The notes: generated by a model not told the origin, from the sequence alone. DNA of 64,000 bases from an uncultured Clostridia bacterium (GCA_934130325.1 CAKOYA010000003.1:701-64700), one strand, 5' to 3'; positions 26,622 through 37,829 are shown, counted from the first letter of the stretch. Program-made: numbers and translations.

Positions 26622-27362
26622 CTATATTGCTGCAACTAACGTACCTATAATTGATATGATAGAAGCAATAACAAATATTTTAAATATCATAAAATAAGGT
26701 ACTTTAACATTTAACTTTTCATTTTTTTCATCTTTTTTTAATTTTTCTTCATTTAACTTATTTAGTTTTTCTTCATCTTTTCTTAACTCATACATATGTT
26801 TTTTCAAATCATACATTCCAAATCCACTACGCTGTGAATATCTAAACTTTTTACTAGATAATGAACAATAATAAAATCCCATAACCATTGCAAGAGAAAT
26901 TCCAAATATTTTTATTATATCTCCAAATGTCATAAGTATTACATTATATGCATGAGCGTTTACTAAAAAGGTTGATGCTATATCTTTTGCTAGCATATAA
27001 GGATAGGCAAATCCAATAAATGATAAATATATAAAAGGAGTTATTCCTGCAAATATTATCAAAAAAGTAGAAGGTATAGTTTGCTTTAAAATTATGGAAA
27101 TAATACTCTGTGAATTTTCTGTTGATTCTACTATTTCCTCTATTGAATGTGTAACATCAATACTAGAAATAAACATGGCTAAGAACACAAAAAATATTAT
27201 TAAAGATATAATATATACTATAATATGTTTTTTCCTTAAATTACTATTATAGAACTTTAGGATATCTTCCATTATACAATAAATTTTACTTTTCTTTTTT
27301 TTATTACTTTTAAACTTTGTCTTTCTTATATTTTTTTTAGGATTCTTTTCCACAGTTTTCAC
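26622..27362 (-). CDS. Integral membrane protein (possibly SpoIIM/DUF95-like); the start is uncertain (GTG 27362 or ATG 27272)
   Basis: The product has 4-5 predicted TM helices. Its Lys-rich N-terminal extension overlaps the rnr 3' end by 26 nt. Confidence 0.5.
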   Translation of the reverse strand: MKTVEKNPKKNIRKTKFKSNKKKKSKIYCIMEDILKFYNSNLRKKHIIVYIISLIIFFVFLAMFISSIDVTHSIEEIVESTENSQSIISIILKQTIPSTFLIIFAGITPFIYLSFIGFAYPYMLAKDIASTFLVNAHAYNVILMTFGDIIKIFGISLAMVMGFYYCSLSSKKFRYSQRSGFGMYDLKKHMYELRKDEEKLNKLNEEKLKKDEKNEKLNVKVPYFMIFKIFVIASIISIIGTLVAAI

Positions 27363-29550
27363 ACTCTTTCCTTAATTCTATTATTTTAAAATCTATTTGC
27401 TTTAGTTTAATGTCACTTCTTATAACTTTTACTTTCACTCTGTCGCCTATTTTAAAAATCATTTTTGTTTTTTCACCAATAAGTATTCTTCTTTGTTCAT
27501 CGTACACATAATAATCATTATTAGGCATAAATTCAAATGGTACTAACCCCTCAACAGTGTTTTCCAATTTTACAAACATCCCAAATGAAGTAACAGATGA
27601 AACTATTCCTTCAAACTCTTCACCAATATGTGAGGACATATACATTGACATATATAACGAATCAAATTCTCTCTCAATTTGAGTAGCCTCTTTTTCCATG
27701 TCTGATGAAGTTTTAGCGTATTTTTTCGCTTGTTCTTTTAATTTTATTTCATCTTTTTCATTTAATACATAACCACTTTCAATATACTTAGATATTACTC
27801 TATGAATAAACAAATCCGGATATCTTCTAATAGGTGAAGTAAAATGGCAATAATATTTAGCTGAAAGTCCAAAATGACCTAAGCATTCTTCATTATACTT
27901 TGCAAGTTTTAATGCTCTTAACATATAATTTGATACTACTTGCTTTTCTTCTTCGTTTTCAATATTATTTAAAATATCAGCTAAAGTTCTTGGATGTATA
28001 TTTTTTATTCCTTTAATATTTTTTCCATATCTACTTAATACTTCATTTAATTCTCTTAATTTTTCCTCATCAGGTTTTTCATGAATACGATAAATAAAAG
28101 GTGCAGATAAATAGTAAAATTTTTCAGCTATAGTCATATTAGCTATTAACATGAACTCTTCTATTATCTTATTTGCAATAGTTATATTGTATGGCTTTAC
28201 ATCAATTACTTGTCCATGTTCATTTAAAATGATTTTGGATTCAGGGATATCAAAATTAATTGCTCCATGTTCCATTCTCTTTTTGTTTAATATTAAGGCT
28301 AATTCTTTCATTAAAAATAACTCTTCTTCAAAATTACTATAGTCTCTTAAAACATCCATATCTTCTAAATTTAGCACCTTATATACCTTATCGTATGTCA
28401 TTCTTTTTTTTACATTTATTACAGCTTTATATACATCACTTTCAAGTACGTTACCTAGTGAATCTATTTTCATATCTATTGCTAAAGCTAATCTGTCAAC
28501 ACCTTCATTTAAACTGCATATTCCATTGGAAAGCTTCTTTGGAAGCATTGGGATAACTGTACCAGGTATATATATACTAGTACCTCGAGATATTGCTTCT
28601 TTATCAAGTTCTGTACCACTTTTCACATAATGAGAAACGTCTGCTATATATACAGATAGCAAGTAATTTCCATCGTTAAGTTTCTTGACTGAAACAGCGT
28701 CATCTAAATCTTTTGCGTCATCACCATCTATTGTAACAATTTTCTCTTTTGTCATATCACGTCTATTTGCAAACTCTTCTCTACTAACTGTTGTAGGAAT
28801 GCTAATAATTTCATCTTCTACAAGTTTACTAAACTCTGTCATGGTCTCTAATCCATATACTGATTTTAATGCTTCAACTTCTATATTTTCATCTTCCAAG
28901 CTTCCTATTACTTCAACTATTTTTCCCTCAGCCTTTGAATTTTGACTAGCATATTTTAGAATTTCTACTTTAACCATCATATTATCCTTAGCACTCGATA
29001 TGTACTTTTTAGGTATATATATATCTTCAATTTTATTATCAATAGGTACAACAAATCCAAAATTTCTATTTTTAGTAAATTTTCCAACTACTTTTTTAAT
29101 ATTTCTTTTTAATATTTTAACTACATGAGCCTCTTTATTTTTTCCTTCTTCTTTGTTAGGAAAAACTTTTACTAATACTATATCACCATCCATTGCTCCC
29201 ATTGAAAATTCATTTGATATATATACATCTTCACCATTAACATTCCTAGCAAATCCATATTTTATACTCTTTTTTTCATATTCACATTTATATATATTTC
29301 TACTAACTGTCGGAACAAGTCTTTTACTCTCATCTAAATATACAATTCCATCTACTTGTAAATCTTCTAAAATATCTTGCAATATTCCTATTTCATTTTT
29401 ACTTATGTTTAACACACTAGCTATTTGCTTTTGGGTCATAAGTACATATGAATTATCTGAAAAAAAGGAAGTCAATACTTCCTTTTTCCTTGTATATTCT
29501 TCTTGAGTTATATTATAATTATTTTTATCTATTTTATAATTTTTACTCAT
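27337..29550 (-). CDS. rnr: Ribonuclease R
   Basis: 737 aa with an RNB domain (IDGDDAKDLDDAVS, HFGLSAKYYCHFTSPIRRYPD) and a C-terminal S1 domain. Confidence 0.92.
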   Translation of the reverse strand: MSKNYKIDKNNYNITQEEYTRKKEVLTSFFSDNSYVLMTQKQIASVLNISKNEIGILQDILEDLQVDGIVYLDESKRLVPTVSRNIYKCEYEKKSIKYGFARNVNGEDVYISNEFSMGAMDGDIVLVKVFPNKEEGKNKEAHVVKILKRNIKKVVGKFTKNRNFGFVVPIDNKIEDIYIPKKYISSAKDNMMVKVEILKYASQNSKAEGKIVEVIGSLEDENIEVEALKSVYGLETMTEFSKLVEDEIISIPTTVSREEFANRRDMTKEKIVTIDGDDAKDLDDAVSVKKLNDGNYLLSVYIADVSHYVKSGTELDKEAISRGTSIYIPGTVIPMLPKKLSNGICSLNEGVDRLALAIDMKIDSLGNVLESDVYKAVINVKKRMTYDKVYKVLNLEDMDVLRDYSNFEEELFLMKELALILNKKRMEHGAINFDIPESKIILNEHGQVIDVKPYNITIANKIIEEFMLIANMTIAEKFYYLSAPFIYRIHEKPDEEKLRELNEVLSRYGKNIKGIKNIHPRTLADILNNIENEEEKQVVSNYMLRALKLAKYNEECLGHFGLSAKYYCHFTSPIRRYPDLFIHRVISKYIESGYVLNEKDEIKLKEQAKKYAKTSSDMEKEATQIEREFDSLYMSMYMSSHIGEEFEGIVSSVTSFGMFVKLENTVEGLVPFEFMPNNDYYVYDEQRRILIGEKTKMIFKIGDRVKVKVIRSDIKLKQIDFKIIELRKECENCGKES

Positions 29551-29562
29551 ATTTTCCTACCT

Positions 29563-29799
29563 TTACTTAATTATCGCTACAGTTGTTAAAAAACATAGAG
29601 CACAGAAAACTAATGCAAGTACAACTGTATATTTTGATAGTACACCATCTAAAGTTTTTGATTTATTTGCTCCATAAAAAGTATTAGCTCCTGTAACTGA
29701 AGATTGTCCATCTTTACTACTTTGAAGCATTACAACTATAGTAAGTACTATTCCAACTAATACTGTAAGTATTGATATTGTCCAATCAATCCAACCCAT
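29563..29799 (-). CDS. secG: Preprotein translocase subunit SecG
   Basis: The start was refined to MGWIDWTISILTVLVGIVLTIVVMLQSSKDG (ATG 29799 after AAGGAGGAG). Two TM helices, with typical size and motif. Confidence 0.8.
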   Translation of the reverse strand: MGWIDWTISILTVLVGIVLTIVVMLQSSKDGQSSVTGANTFYGANKSKTLDGVLSKYTVVLALVFCALCFLTTVAIIK

Positions 29800-29943
29800 C
29801 TTTCTCCTCCTTACAAGTCTAAAATATATGCATATTATATCATACAAAAAGTAAAAACACAATACATATTTTATGTAATTATTAATATTATACAATTTTA
29901 TTCTACCAATTATATTTTATTATCCAATTTCAAACTTTTTCAT

Positions 29944-32334
29944 CTATGTTATATTACTAATTTTGTAATTCAAAAATTGATAAAATTCTGAAATTTCTGG
30001 ATAATTTTTATAATCATAACATTCCATCTTTTCCATATAACTTTTGCATGTTTCTATTAATAATTCTTTTGATGTTTTATTATACTTATAATTAGTTTCA
30101 ATAAATTCTAAATTTTTCTCTATCAAAATTATATATTTAGTATAATCATCTTCTGTATCTTTAATATAACAATTTTGAAAGTAAATAAAATTTAAATTAT
30201 CAAAATATATATTTGAAATTTCTATCAAATTATTTTTCTCATATTTATTATTTTCTCTCATAATTTTAGCATTTTTTTCTATACTTAAGATTATTTTTTT
30301 AGATTCATCAATTAATATTTCTCTTTTTTCAACATCTTCACATACTAAAAGTTCACTGTTAAGCAATTTTAAATAGTTAAAATATTCCTGTGCTAATTTC
30401 TTTCTATATTTATTTTCACTACTATCAATTCTTACTACAAATTCATTCATATCTACAAGCTTTTTTTGCTCGTTTAAGCCAATATTTGTATATCTAGAGA
30501 AGCAAAAGTAATATGCTATATTTAATTTTAATGTTGTATAAAAACAAAATATCCCCAAAGGAATCAATATAGTTTTTTCAAATATCTCCAAATATTTATA
30601 ATAGCTTTTTAAATTATTTCTTCTTTCACTACCAGCAAGAAGTACAGCAAAAATTTGTAAAATAATCATATATGAAAAATCTATATCAAAAATTGAATGA
30701 ATAATTAACAATATAAGTGCATACTTAAATATATCATTTTTATAATTTAAAATATAGTAAATTAATAAAATCGTAAATACTAAAGCTCCTAAAACACCAC
30801 CTTCTACTAATAATTGTATATATGAGTTATGTACCTTGGTTGAAGTATATGAAACATCTTGCACTAATTGGTATAAATTCTTAAAACCATCTCCACCTAC
30901 TCCAATTATTCTATTTTTCCATGACAAATTCCAAATTTTTAGTGCATCTTTAACATAGATTAGTCTTGTCTTAGCACTATCAGAACCACAAATAGTATCA
31001 TATATTTTTTGAACAAATTCATATGGTACAATGCCATAGTTACATTTAACATTTTTATCATTTAATTTTACTTTATCTAAAGAAAGTTCTCCTTTGTCTA
31101 CCAAAATCTCTATTTTCAAACATTTCAAATTTTTATCTTTAAAAAATTCATACACAAATTTACCACTTGAATTTTCATAATAATTAAATTTTTTTACTAA
31201 ATTTATCTCATTATCTACTGTTACGCTATATATTTTAATTTCATATCTGGTATCTGACACACATTCCTCAACATCAATTTCTAGCAAATTATAACTATCT
31301 TCGCTAAAACTATATATATATCTTTTCAAACTATCATTAGAATTTTCTGATATTTTAACTTTATTATAAGTACTTAGTACAAATGTAAAGATAAAGAACA
31401 AAAATACTCCAACTATAACTGCTACGTCATACCTATTTGGTATAAACCTATAATCATTAAATTTATAAAATCTAATATATGCAATTATAGTACTAAATAT
31501 AATAAAAGCAATACTTAAATAGTAAATGTATATTCTATTTATATACAAATATTTAAATATCAAAGTAGAAAAAATTAAAATTTGTATAAATACTTCCAAT
31601 AAAAAACCTAATTTAATTCTCCTTAAATTCTTACTAAATAATACATTTAGTATATAATATACAAGTGTAAGTAATATAACTACTCGTGATTGAGTTAGAC
31701 TTATAGCAAATAATAAAAATGAAAAAATATTATAATTAACTATCATTATACTTTTTTCTTTTTTCTCAATATTATATATTATTTTTTCAAATGAAAAAAT
31801 AGATGAAATTAGCAAAATAATTCCCAAAACATTTGCATACTGAATAACAGAGGACATACGATTTAAATGTAGATTTGTATAACCAGAATTAATTATATTT
31901 AGGACATTTTCTAAAATTCTATCCCCCATACCATCTATTCCTATAATTGAAAGAGTTACACCTATATAAATTATTATGTTTTTTAAAAATGTACTATTTT
32001 TTAATGTTCTCATAATTTTATATGTTATATATATATTAAAATATTTAATAAATTCACTAATACTATCACTTAAAGAGGCATAATTCTTAAAAATTATAGG
32101 GAGTAAATAACAAGTTGAAAGAAGTAAAAGTAATATCCCTATTACATCAAAATTATACTTTTTATTATTTTTTATATAATCATAAAGTATTACTATAATT
32201 CCCAATATTTCAATTGATAAACTGTATAACAAAATATCGGATTTATAAAATCCTCCTTTTTTTAAAGACAATAAACTCAACAATATTATCAATACATATT
32301 TAATTATATTATTTAAATTTATTTTTTTAATCAT
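29944..32334 (-). CDS. Polytopic membrane protein with an O-antigen ligase/polymerase (Wzy_C) domain and a long soluble C-terminal region
   Basis: 796 aa with more than 10 TM helices. The signature VHNSYIQLLVEGGVLGALVF fits Wzy_C (HNxxL..xExG..G). Confidence 0.7.
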   Translation of the reverse strand: MIKKINLNNIIKYVLIILLSLLSLKKGGFYKSDILLYSLSIEILGIIVILYDYIKNNKKYNFDVIGILLLLLSTCYLLPIIFKNYASLSDSISEFIKYFNIYITYKIMRTLKNSTFLKNIIIYIGVTLSIIGIDGMGDRILENVLNIINSGYTNLHLNRMSSVIQYANVLGIILLISSIFSFEKIIYNIEKKEKSIMIVNYNIFSFLLFAISLTQSRVVILLTLVYYILNVLFSKNLRRIKLGFLLEVFIQILIFSTLIFKYLYINRIYIYYLSIAFIIFSTIIAYIRFYKFNDYRFIPNRYDVAVIVGVFLFFIFTFVLSTYNKVKISENSNDSLKRYIYSFSEDSYNLLEIDVEECVSDTRYEIKIYSVTVDNEINLVKKFNYYENSSGKFVYEFFKDKNLKCLKIEILVDKGELSLDKVKLNDKNVKCNYGIVPYEFVQKIYDTICGSDSAKTRLIYVKDALKIWNLSWKNRIIGVGGDGFKNLYQLVQDVSYTSTKVHNSYIQLLVEGGVLGALVFTILLIYYILNYKNDIFKYALILLIIHSIFDIDFSYMIILQIFAVLLAGSERRNNLKSYYKYLEIFEKTILIPLGIFCFYTTLKLNIAYYFCFSRYTNIGLNEQKKLVDMNEFVVRIDSSENKYRKKLAQEYFNYLKLLNSELLVCEDVEKREILIDESKKIILSIEKNAKIMRENNKYEKNNLIEISNIYFDNLNFIYFQNCYIKDTEDDYTKYIILIEKNLEFIETNYKYNKTSKELLIETCKSYMEKMECYDYKNYPEISEFYQFLNYKISNIT

Positions 32335-32500
32335 AAAATAATCCTCACTTTTGGTATTATACCATGTATATTTTTCTAATACAACTTAAAATACTAAGGA
32401 TTACAATAAAATTTATTATCATAATTCACAATTTGCCAAAAATATACATAAATTACTATTATAATAATTAAAAAATTATTATAGAAAGGGGAGAAATTTT

Positions 32501-33721
32501 ATGAATAGCAATTGCTGTAATTCAAATTTTAATACTTGTTGTAATCCAATTGTTCCTCAAAACCTATGTATTCAACAAGGTCCACAAGGAATTCAAGGAA
32601 TTCCCGGGCCACAAGGACCTACTGGCCCTCAAGGCGTTCAAGGTATTCAGGGAATTCCTGGTGCTACTGGTCCCACTGGTGCTACTGGAATAACTGGACC
32701 TGCTGGTCCTCAAGGTGCCCAAGGCGTTCCTGGACCTCAAGGAGCTACTGGTATTGCGGAATCTCCAGATACAATAAAAATTGGTACTATTACTACTTTA
32801 AATCCTGGAAGTTTAGCATCAATAACAGATGTAGGGCAAGGGAAAGAACACATATTAAACTTTTCAATTCCAGCAGGATACGACGGAATTGATGGATTGG
32901 AAGGTCCTGTTGGAGCCACTGGACCTCAAGGAATCCAAGGAATTCAAGGAATTCCCGGGCCACAAGGACCTACAGGTCCTCAAGGTCCCACTGGAGCAAA
33001 TGGAAATAGTGTACGAATTTTAGGTTCCTATTCTACTATAGATGAATTAATGGCAGAACATCCTACAGGAAATATAGGAGATAGTTATTTAATTGGAAAA
33101 GATTTATATGTTTGGTCTGAAAACGAAGATAAATGGAAAAATGTAGGAAATATTTCTGGTCCTCAAGGTGATCAAGGTATTCAAGGTATCACTGGACCTA
33201 CTGGGCCTACCGGACCTACTGGCCCATCAAAAATATCTAGTGCTTACTTAGTATCTTTTAACAATTATCCTAAAGAAGGATATGAAATACGAGCAAATGA
33301 AAGATTACCAATTACTAGAAAGGAACTAGATACTGATAGTATATGTGATTTAGATACAGCTGAAAATATTGTTCAATTTGGAAGAGAAGGCTACTATAAA
33401 ATTACGTTTACAGTAAATGCATATGTACCTTATTTTAATGGTCAATTTGACCCTAATACCGATTTTGTATCTATTGGATTTAGATTAATAGGTACAGATA
33501 ATATTTATATAGGCGATAGTCAATGGATATATAATGAATCTTCTTTAAAGTTAGTTGGGCAAGGAATCATTACAGTACCAAATATTTCATATGCATATGA
33601 ACTAGTTAATTTATCAAATAGAGCAATCTACTTAAATACACCAGATTTAAAGTATATTAATTCTAATTCATATTTTGTTAATTCACCTATAACTATAGTA
33701 GTAGAGTATTTAGGAAAATAA
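32501..33721 (+). CDS. Collagen-like triple-helix repeat protein (BclA-like), with a Cys-rich N-terminus and a globular C-terminal domain
   Basis: Three GXY blocks ([19 protein letters not shown]...). The interspersed modules IKIGTITTLNPGS...LNFSIPAG and GDSYLIGKDLYVWSENEDKWKNVG recur in collagen-like and tail-fibre proteins. The N-terminus is MNSNCCNSNFNTCCNP. Confidence 0.85.
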   Translation: MNSNCCNSNFNTCCNPIVPQNLCIQQGPQGIQGIPGPQGPTGPQGVQGIQGIPGATGPTGATGITGPAGPQGAQGVPGPQGATGIAESPDTIKIGTITTLNPGSLASITDVGQGKEHILNFSIPAGYDGIDGLEGPVGATGPQGIQGIQGIPGPQGPTGPQGPTGANGNSVRILGSYSTIDELMAEHPTGNIGDSYLIGKDLYVWSENEDKWKNVGNISGPQGDQGIQGITGPTGPTGPTGPSKISSAYLVSFNNYPKEGYEIRANERLPITRKELDTDSICDLDTAENIVQFGREGYYKITFTVNAYVPYFNGQFDPNTDFVSIGFRLIGTDNIYIGDSQWIYNESSLKLVGQGIITVPNISYAYELVNLSNRAIYLNTPDLKYINSNSYFVNSPITIVVEYLGK

Positions 33722-33877
33722 ATTTTAAAAGTTTGATAGAATATTATATTTTATCAAACTTATTTTATATGTAAGTTGTTAATTATATTAGATTATGCTA
33801 TCACATATTATATTTGAAAATCATACATTAATATTAAGTAATATATTATTATATTACTTTTGAAAGGAGAATTTGTA

Positions 33878-34570
33878 ATGAATAATTATTGTCAATCAGG
33901 ATGTAATTATGATTCTTGTAGACCACCTTGTCCACCACCAATGCCACCTTCAATGGTTTGCGTTACAGGACCAACTGGACCTACTGGGCCTACTGGGCCT
34001 CAGGGTGTTCAGGGAATTCAAGGTGTTCCCGGGCCTCAAGGCCCTACTGGACCTCAAGGTGTTCAAGGTATCCAAGGTGTTCCTGGAGCTACCGGACCTA
34101 CTGGTGCTACTGGCGTTCAAGGTATCCAAGGTGTTGCAGGTGCTCAAGGTATCCAAGGTATCACTGGACCTACTGGCCCTACTGGTGCCACTGGTGCTAC
34201 TGGAGTAACTGGACCTGCTGGACCTCAAGGTGCCCAAGGTGTTGCAGGTGCCCAAGGAATTCAAGGTATTACTGGACCCACTGGCCCTACTGGTGCTCAA
34301 GGTATCCAAGGTGTTGCAGGCGCTCAAGGTATCCAAGGTATCACTGGACCTACTGGCCCTACCGGACCTACTGGGCCTACTGGGCCTACTGGACCTGCTG
34401 GAGCTGCTGGTACAGACGGAATAGATGGTGAAGATGGAATAACTCCAACTTTAACAATTGGCACAGTTACAACTGGAGCACCTGGTACACAAGCTGCTGC
34501 AACAATAACAGGTGCTTCACCAGATTATGTACTAAATCTTACAATACCTCAAGGCCCTACTGGACCTTAA
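33878..34570 (+). CDS. Collagen-like triple-helix repeat protein, with a Cys/Pro-rich N-terminus and no C-terminal globular domain
   Basis: ATG 33878 follows GAAAGGAG. The protein has ~50 GXY triplets and ends ...[40 protein letters not shown]. Confidence 0.85.
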   Translation: MNNYCQSGCNYDSCRPPCPPPMPPSMVCVTGPTGPTGPTGPQGVQGIQGVPGPQGPTGPQGVQGIQGVPGATGPTGATGVQGIQGVAGAQGIQGITGPTGPTGATGATGVTGPAGPQGAQGVAGAQGIQGITGPTGPTGAQGIQGVAGAQGIQGITGPTGPTGPTGPTGPTGPAGAAGTDGIDGEDGITPTLTIGTVTTGAPGTQAAATITGASPDYVLNLTIPQGPTGP

Positions 34571-34680
34571 CAATAAAATATAAGATATAGCATAACTTTG
34601 CTATATCTTATATTTTTTAAAGAAATTTTACAAAAAGTATTGATTTTAGACAAATAATATGTTATTATAGTATAGTAATT

Positions 34681-34757
<77 letters not shown>

Positions 34758-34769
34758 TTTAGAAATATA

Positions 34770-34812
34770 AAAAAACTTGTAATCGTTGATATAGTTGTAT
34801 TACAAGTTTTTT
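34770..34812 (+). terminator. Terminator after tRNA-Arg
   Basis: AAAAAACTTGTAAT-loop-ATTACAAGTTTTTTT. Confidence 0.7.
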
Positions 34813-35009
34813 TGCTTTTAAAGTTTAGTAAAAGATAACCATTTTTAATTGATGATTACCCAAAAATTACCCGCAAAATTTTACAAAATTATTTAAAAAG
34901 TTATAGTTGTACACTTAAGTTATTTATTTTATTACCAACTATCTTTTTTATAACATAAAAATTGTGAAGATACTATAATTAATTATCTTCACAATTTTAT
35001 TATATAATC

Positions 35010-36599
35010 CTATTTTAATTTTTGCTCTTCTAAATATTCATCGTATGTCATATGCCTATCTATAACACCATTTTCCGTTAATACAATAATTCTATTAGCA
35101 ATTGTTTGAATAAACTGGTGATCATGTGATACAAATATTAGCTCATCGCTTGTCTTTATCAATCCATTATTTAACGCTGTGATACTTTCAAGATCTAGAT
35201 GGTTTGTAGGTTCATCTAAAATAACAAAATTCGGTTTTTCAAGCATTACCCTTGAAAGCATACATCTAGCCTTTTCACCACCAGATAAAACATTTACTTT
35301 CTTCAAAGATTCTTCACCAGAAAATAACATTCTACCTAAGAAACTTCTTATAACTGTTTCATCATTTATATTATATGCATCAGCAATCCAATCAACAATT
35401 GATTTATCAGATTTAAAAAATTCTTCGTTATCTTGAGGTAAGTATGATGGAACAATAGTTTTACCAAAAGTTACTTTTCCCTTATCTTGTTTTATTTTTC
35501 CCATTATTATATCAAAAAGTGCTGTCTTTGCTAAACCATTTTCGCCTAACAAGACAATTTTATCTCCTTTTAATACTTTAAATGAAACATTTTTTAACAG
35601 TTGTACTCCATCTTTTTCATAACTTATATTATCAACTTCCAAAATTTCTTTTCCAGATGGTGTATCTGGCTTAAATTCAATAAATGGATATCTTCTAGTT
35701 GATGGCTTTATTTCATCTAATTGTATTTTTTCTAATGTTTTCTTCCTAGAAGTTGCTTGTTTAGATTTTGAAGCATTAGCACTAAATCTACGTATAAAGT
35801 CTTCTAACTCTTTTATTTTTTCTTCCTTCTTTTTGTTTGATTCTTTCGTCTGTTTAAGAGCTAATTGACTTGATTCATACCAAAAATCATAATTTCCAAC
35901 ATATAATTTAATTTGACTATAATCAATATCTACAATATGTGTACAAACTTTATTTAAAAAATATCTGTCATGTGATACAACAATTACCGTATTTTCAAAA
36001 TTTATCAAAAATTCCTCTAACCATTCAATAGCAGCAATATCTAAATTATTTGTAGGCTCATCAAGAAGTAATACATCAGGATTTCCAAAAAGTGCTTGTG
36101 CTAGTAATACTTTAACCTTTTGAGGTCCAGTTAATTCTTTCATAAATTTTTCGTGTAAATCTGTTGGTATACCTAATCCATTTAGGAGTTGGGCAGCATC
36201 ACTTTCTGCCATCCATCCATTTAAGGATTCAAATTCAGCTTCTAACTCTCCTGCCTTTATTCCATCTTCTTCTGAGAAGTCCTCTTTAGAATATATCGCT
36301 TCTTTTTCTTTCATTATATCATAAAGTCTTGAATTTCCTCTTATTACAGTTTCAATTACTTTTACTTCATCATATTCATAATGGTTTTGTTTAAGTATTC
36401 CTAATCTTTCATTTTGTGATAAAAATACCTCACCTTCACTAGGCTCTATATCACCAGAAAGTATTTTTAAAAATGTAGATTTCCCTGCCCCATTTGCTCC
36501 TATAATTCCATAACAATTACCTTTAGTAAATTTTATATTAACATTCTCAAATAATGTCCTTTTTCCAAATCTTAAAGTAACTCCATTTGTTCCAATCAT
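35010..36599 (-). CDS. ABC-F family ATPase (two ABC domains, no TM domain)
   Basis: Two Walker A motifs (GANGAGKST and GENGLAKT) and two signature motifs (LTGPQ and LSGGEK), with a charged inter-domain linker. Confidence 0.9.
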   Translation of the reverse strand: MIGTNGVTLRFGKRTLFENVNIKFTKGNCYGIIGANGAGKSTFLKILSGDIEPSEGEVFLSQNERLGILKQNHYEYDEVKVIETVIRGNSRLYDIMKEKEAIYSKEDFSEEDGIKAGELEAEFESLNGWMAESDAAQLLNGLGIPTDLHEKFMKELTGPQKVKVLLAQALFGNPDVLLLDEPTNNLDIAAIEWLEEFLINFENTVIVVSHDRYFLNKVCTHIVDIDYSQIKLYVGNYDFWYESSQLALKQTKESNKKKEEKIKELEDFIRRFSANASKSKQATSRKKTLEKIQLDEIKPSTRRYPFIEFKPDTPSGKEILEVDNISYEKDGVQLLKNVSFKVLKGDKIVLLGENGLAKTALFDIIMGKIKQDKGKVTFGKTIVPSYLPQDNEEFFKSDKSIVDWIADAYNINDETVIRSFLGRMLFSGEESLKKVNVLSGGEKARCMLSRVMLEKPNFVILDEPTNHLDLESITALNNGLIKTSDELIFVSHDHQFIQTIANRIIVLTENGVIDRHMTYDEYLEEQKLK

Positions 36600-36731
36600 G
36601 TTTTTTCTCCTTTATACTCACTATATTTTTAATACATTTTACTATATAATAGTATAAAAATCAACTATATATACAATTTTGACAACAAAAAGACCCTAAT
36701 GTATAAAATTAGAGTCCATGTATAATACTTT

Positions 36732-37118
36732 TTATTCTCCTATATATTCAGCATCTCCAAATGCTAAAATTCCCATAAATATAACATTTAAAAATATTAA
36801 GCCAGCTGCAAAACCACCGCTTTTTCCAAACGCTTTAGCTAAATTAATATACATTAAAATAATAACAACTATATTAACTATTGGTATTAACAATAATAAT
36901 ATTAACCATGGTGACATACCAGCTATTTGTAATAATGTAACAGTATTATATATAGGTATTATAGAAGCCCATCCTGGCTTACCAGCCTTAGTAAAGATTT
37001 TCCACATACATACAATAGCAAATACCGCTACAATTAAACAAACTACTGAATATCCAGCTGAAAAACCTGCTGTAGCTGTACTAGCCATATCATATGATGT
37101 ATAAGAAGCATCGTACAT
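36732..37118 (-). CDS. Small membrane protein (DUF5684-like)
   Basis: The minus-strand ORF follows GGAGGTGA. WKIFTKAGKPGWASIIPIYN is typical of the family. The mirror plus-strand ORF has no RBS. Confidence 0.55.
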   Translation of the reverse strand: MYDASYTSYDMASTATAGFSAGYSVVCLIVAVFAIVCMWKIFTKAGKPGWASIIPIYNTVTLLQIAGMSPWLILLLLIPIVNIVVIILMYINLAKAFGKSGGFAAGLIFLNVIFMGILAFGDAEYIGE

Positions 37119-37298
37119 AAACTCACCTCCATCTTATATTTGCATTATATTAAAAAAGCAAAAAAATGTCAATAATTGTAGATAAAAATGTGATAATTTT
37201 GTGAAATTTTTCTACTTTTTTTAATATACATAATTTTAATATATTTTTACTATTGAATTTTGATTACTAACATTATAAAATATTTATGGTGATGAAAA

Positions 37299-37829
37299 AT
37301 GGAAAACAAAATATCAAGAGCTGAAGCAAAAAGAATCCTAAAAGAAAAACAAAAAGAAACTAAAAAAAGAGCAGAAGAAACCATAAAAAATTATAAAAAT
37401 TTTGCTATGAAAGGTAACATTGTTGATATGGCTATAGGTGTAGTTATAGGTAGTGCTTTTACAAACATAGTAAACACACTTGTATCATCTACAATTACTC
37501 CGGTAATAAGTTTATTAACCCAAAATGTAGATCTCTCTACATTATTTATCACACTAAAAGGTGGACATTTTGGCACTATTGAAGAAGCAAAAAATGCTGG
37601 AGCAATCGTACTAAGCTATGGCGAACTTCTAAACTCTATAATAAACTTTTTAATTATATCAGTTGTCCTTTTTATAGTAATAAGTATTATAAAACGTTCC
37701 AATAAAAAAGCTATTACAAATGAAGATATAATAAAAAAATCTACAACTAAAATTTGTCCTTTTTGTAAAAGTGAGATTAATATAAAAGCTACTAGATGCC
37801 CATTTTGTACAAGTGAATTAAAGGAATAA
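37299..37829 (+). CDS. mscL: Large-conductance mechanosensitive channel MscL with a C-terminal zinc-ribbon extension
   Basis: FAMKGNIVDMAIGVVIGSAFTNIV is the MscL signature. The tail is CPFCKSEINIKATRCPFCTSEL. Confidence 0.8.
   Translation: MENKISRAEAKRILKEKQKETKKRAEETIKNYKNFAMKGNIVDMAIGVVIGSAFTNIVNTLVSSTITPVISLLTQNVDLSTLFITLKGGHFGTIEEAKNAGAIVLSYGELLNSIINFLIISVVLFIVISIIKRSNKKAITNEDIIKKSTTKICPFCKSEINIKATRCPFCTSELKE

Noticed and set aside
25821-27362. Expected smpB/ssrA (tmRNA) downstream of secG-rnr.
   Set aside because: rnr is followed by a membrane protein and trmB. No tmRNA-like tRNA-Ala acceptor end or tag ORF was seen in the adjacent spacers.
32566-34431. Alternative-frame and antisense ORFs across the collagen-like genes (32566-32892, 32737-32919, 33909-34208, 33928-34431, 33950-34336, 34230-34424).
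   Set aside because: The GXY nucleotide periodicity keeps all frames open. Only the Gly-X-Y frame has an RBS, sensible termini and recognisable modules.
36718-37104. A plus-strand 128-aa ORF mirroring the minus-strand 128-aa ORF.
   Set aside because: The minus-strand frame has a GGAGGTGA RBS and a DUF5684-like sequence. The plus-strand frame has neither.
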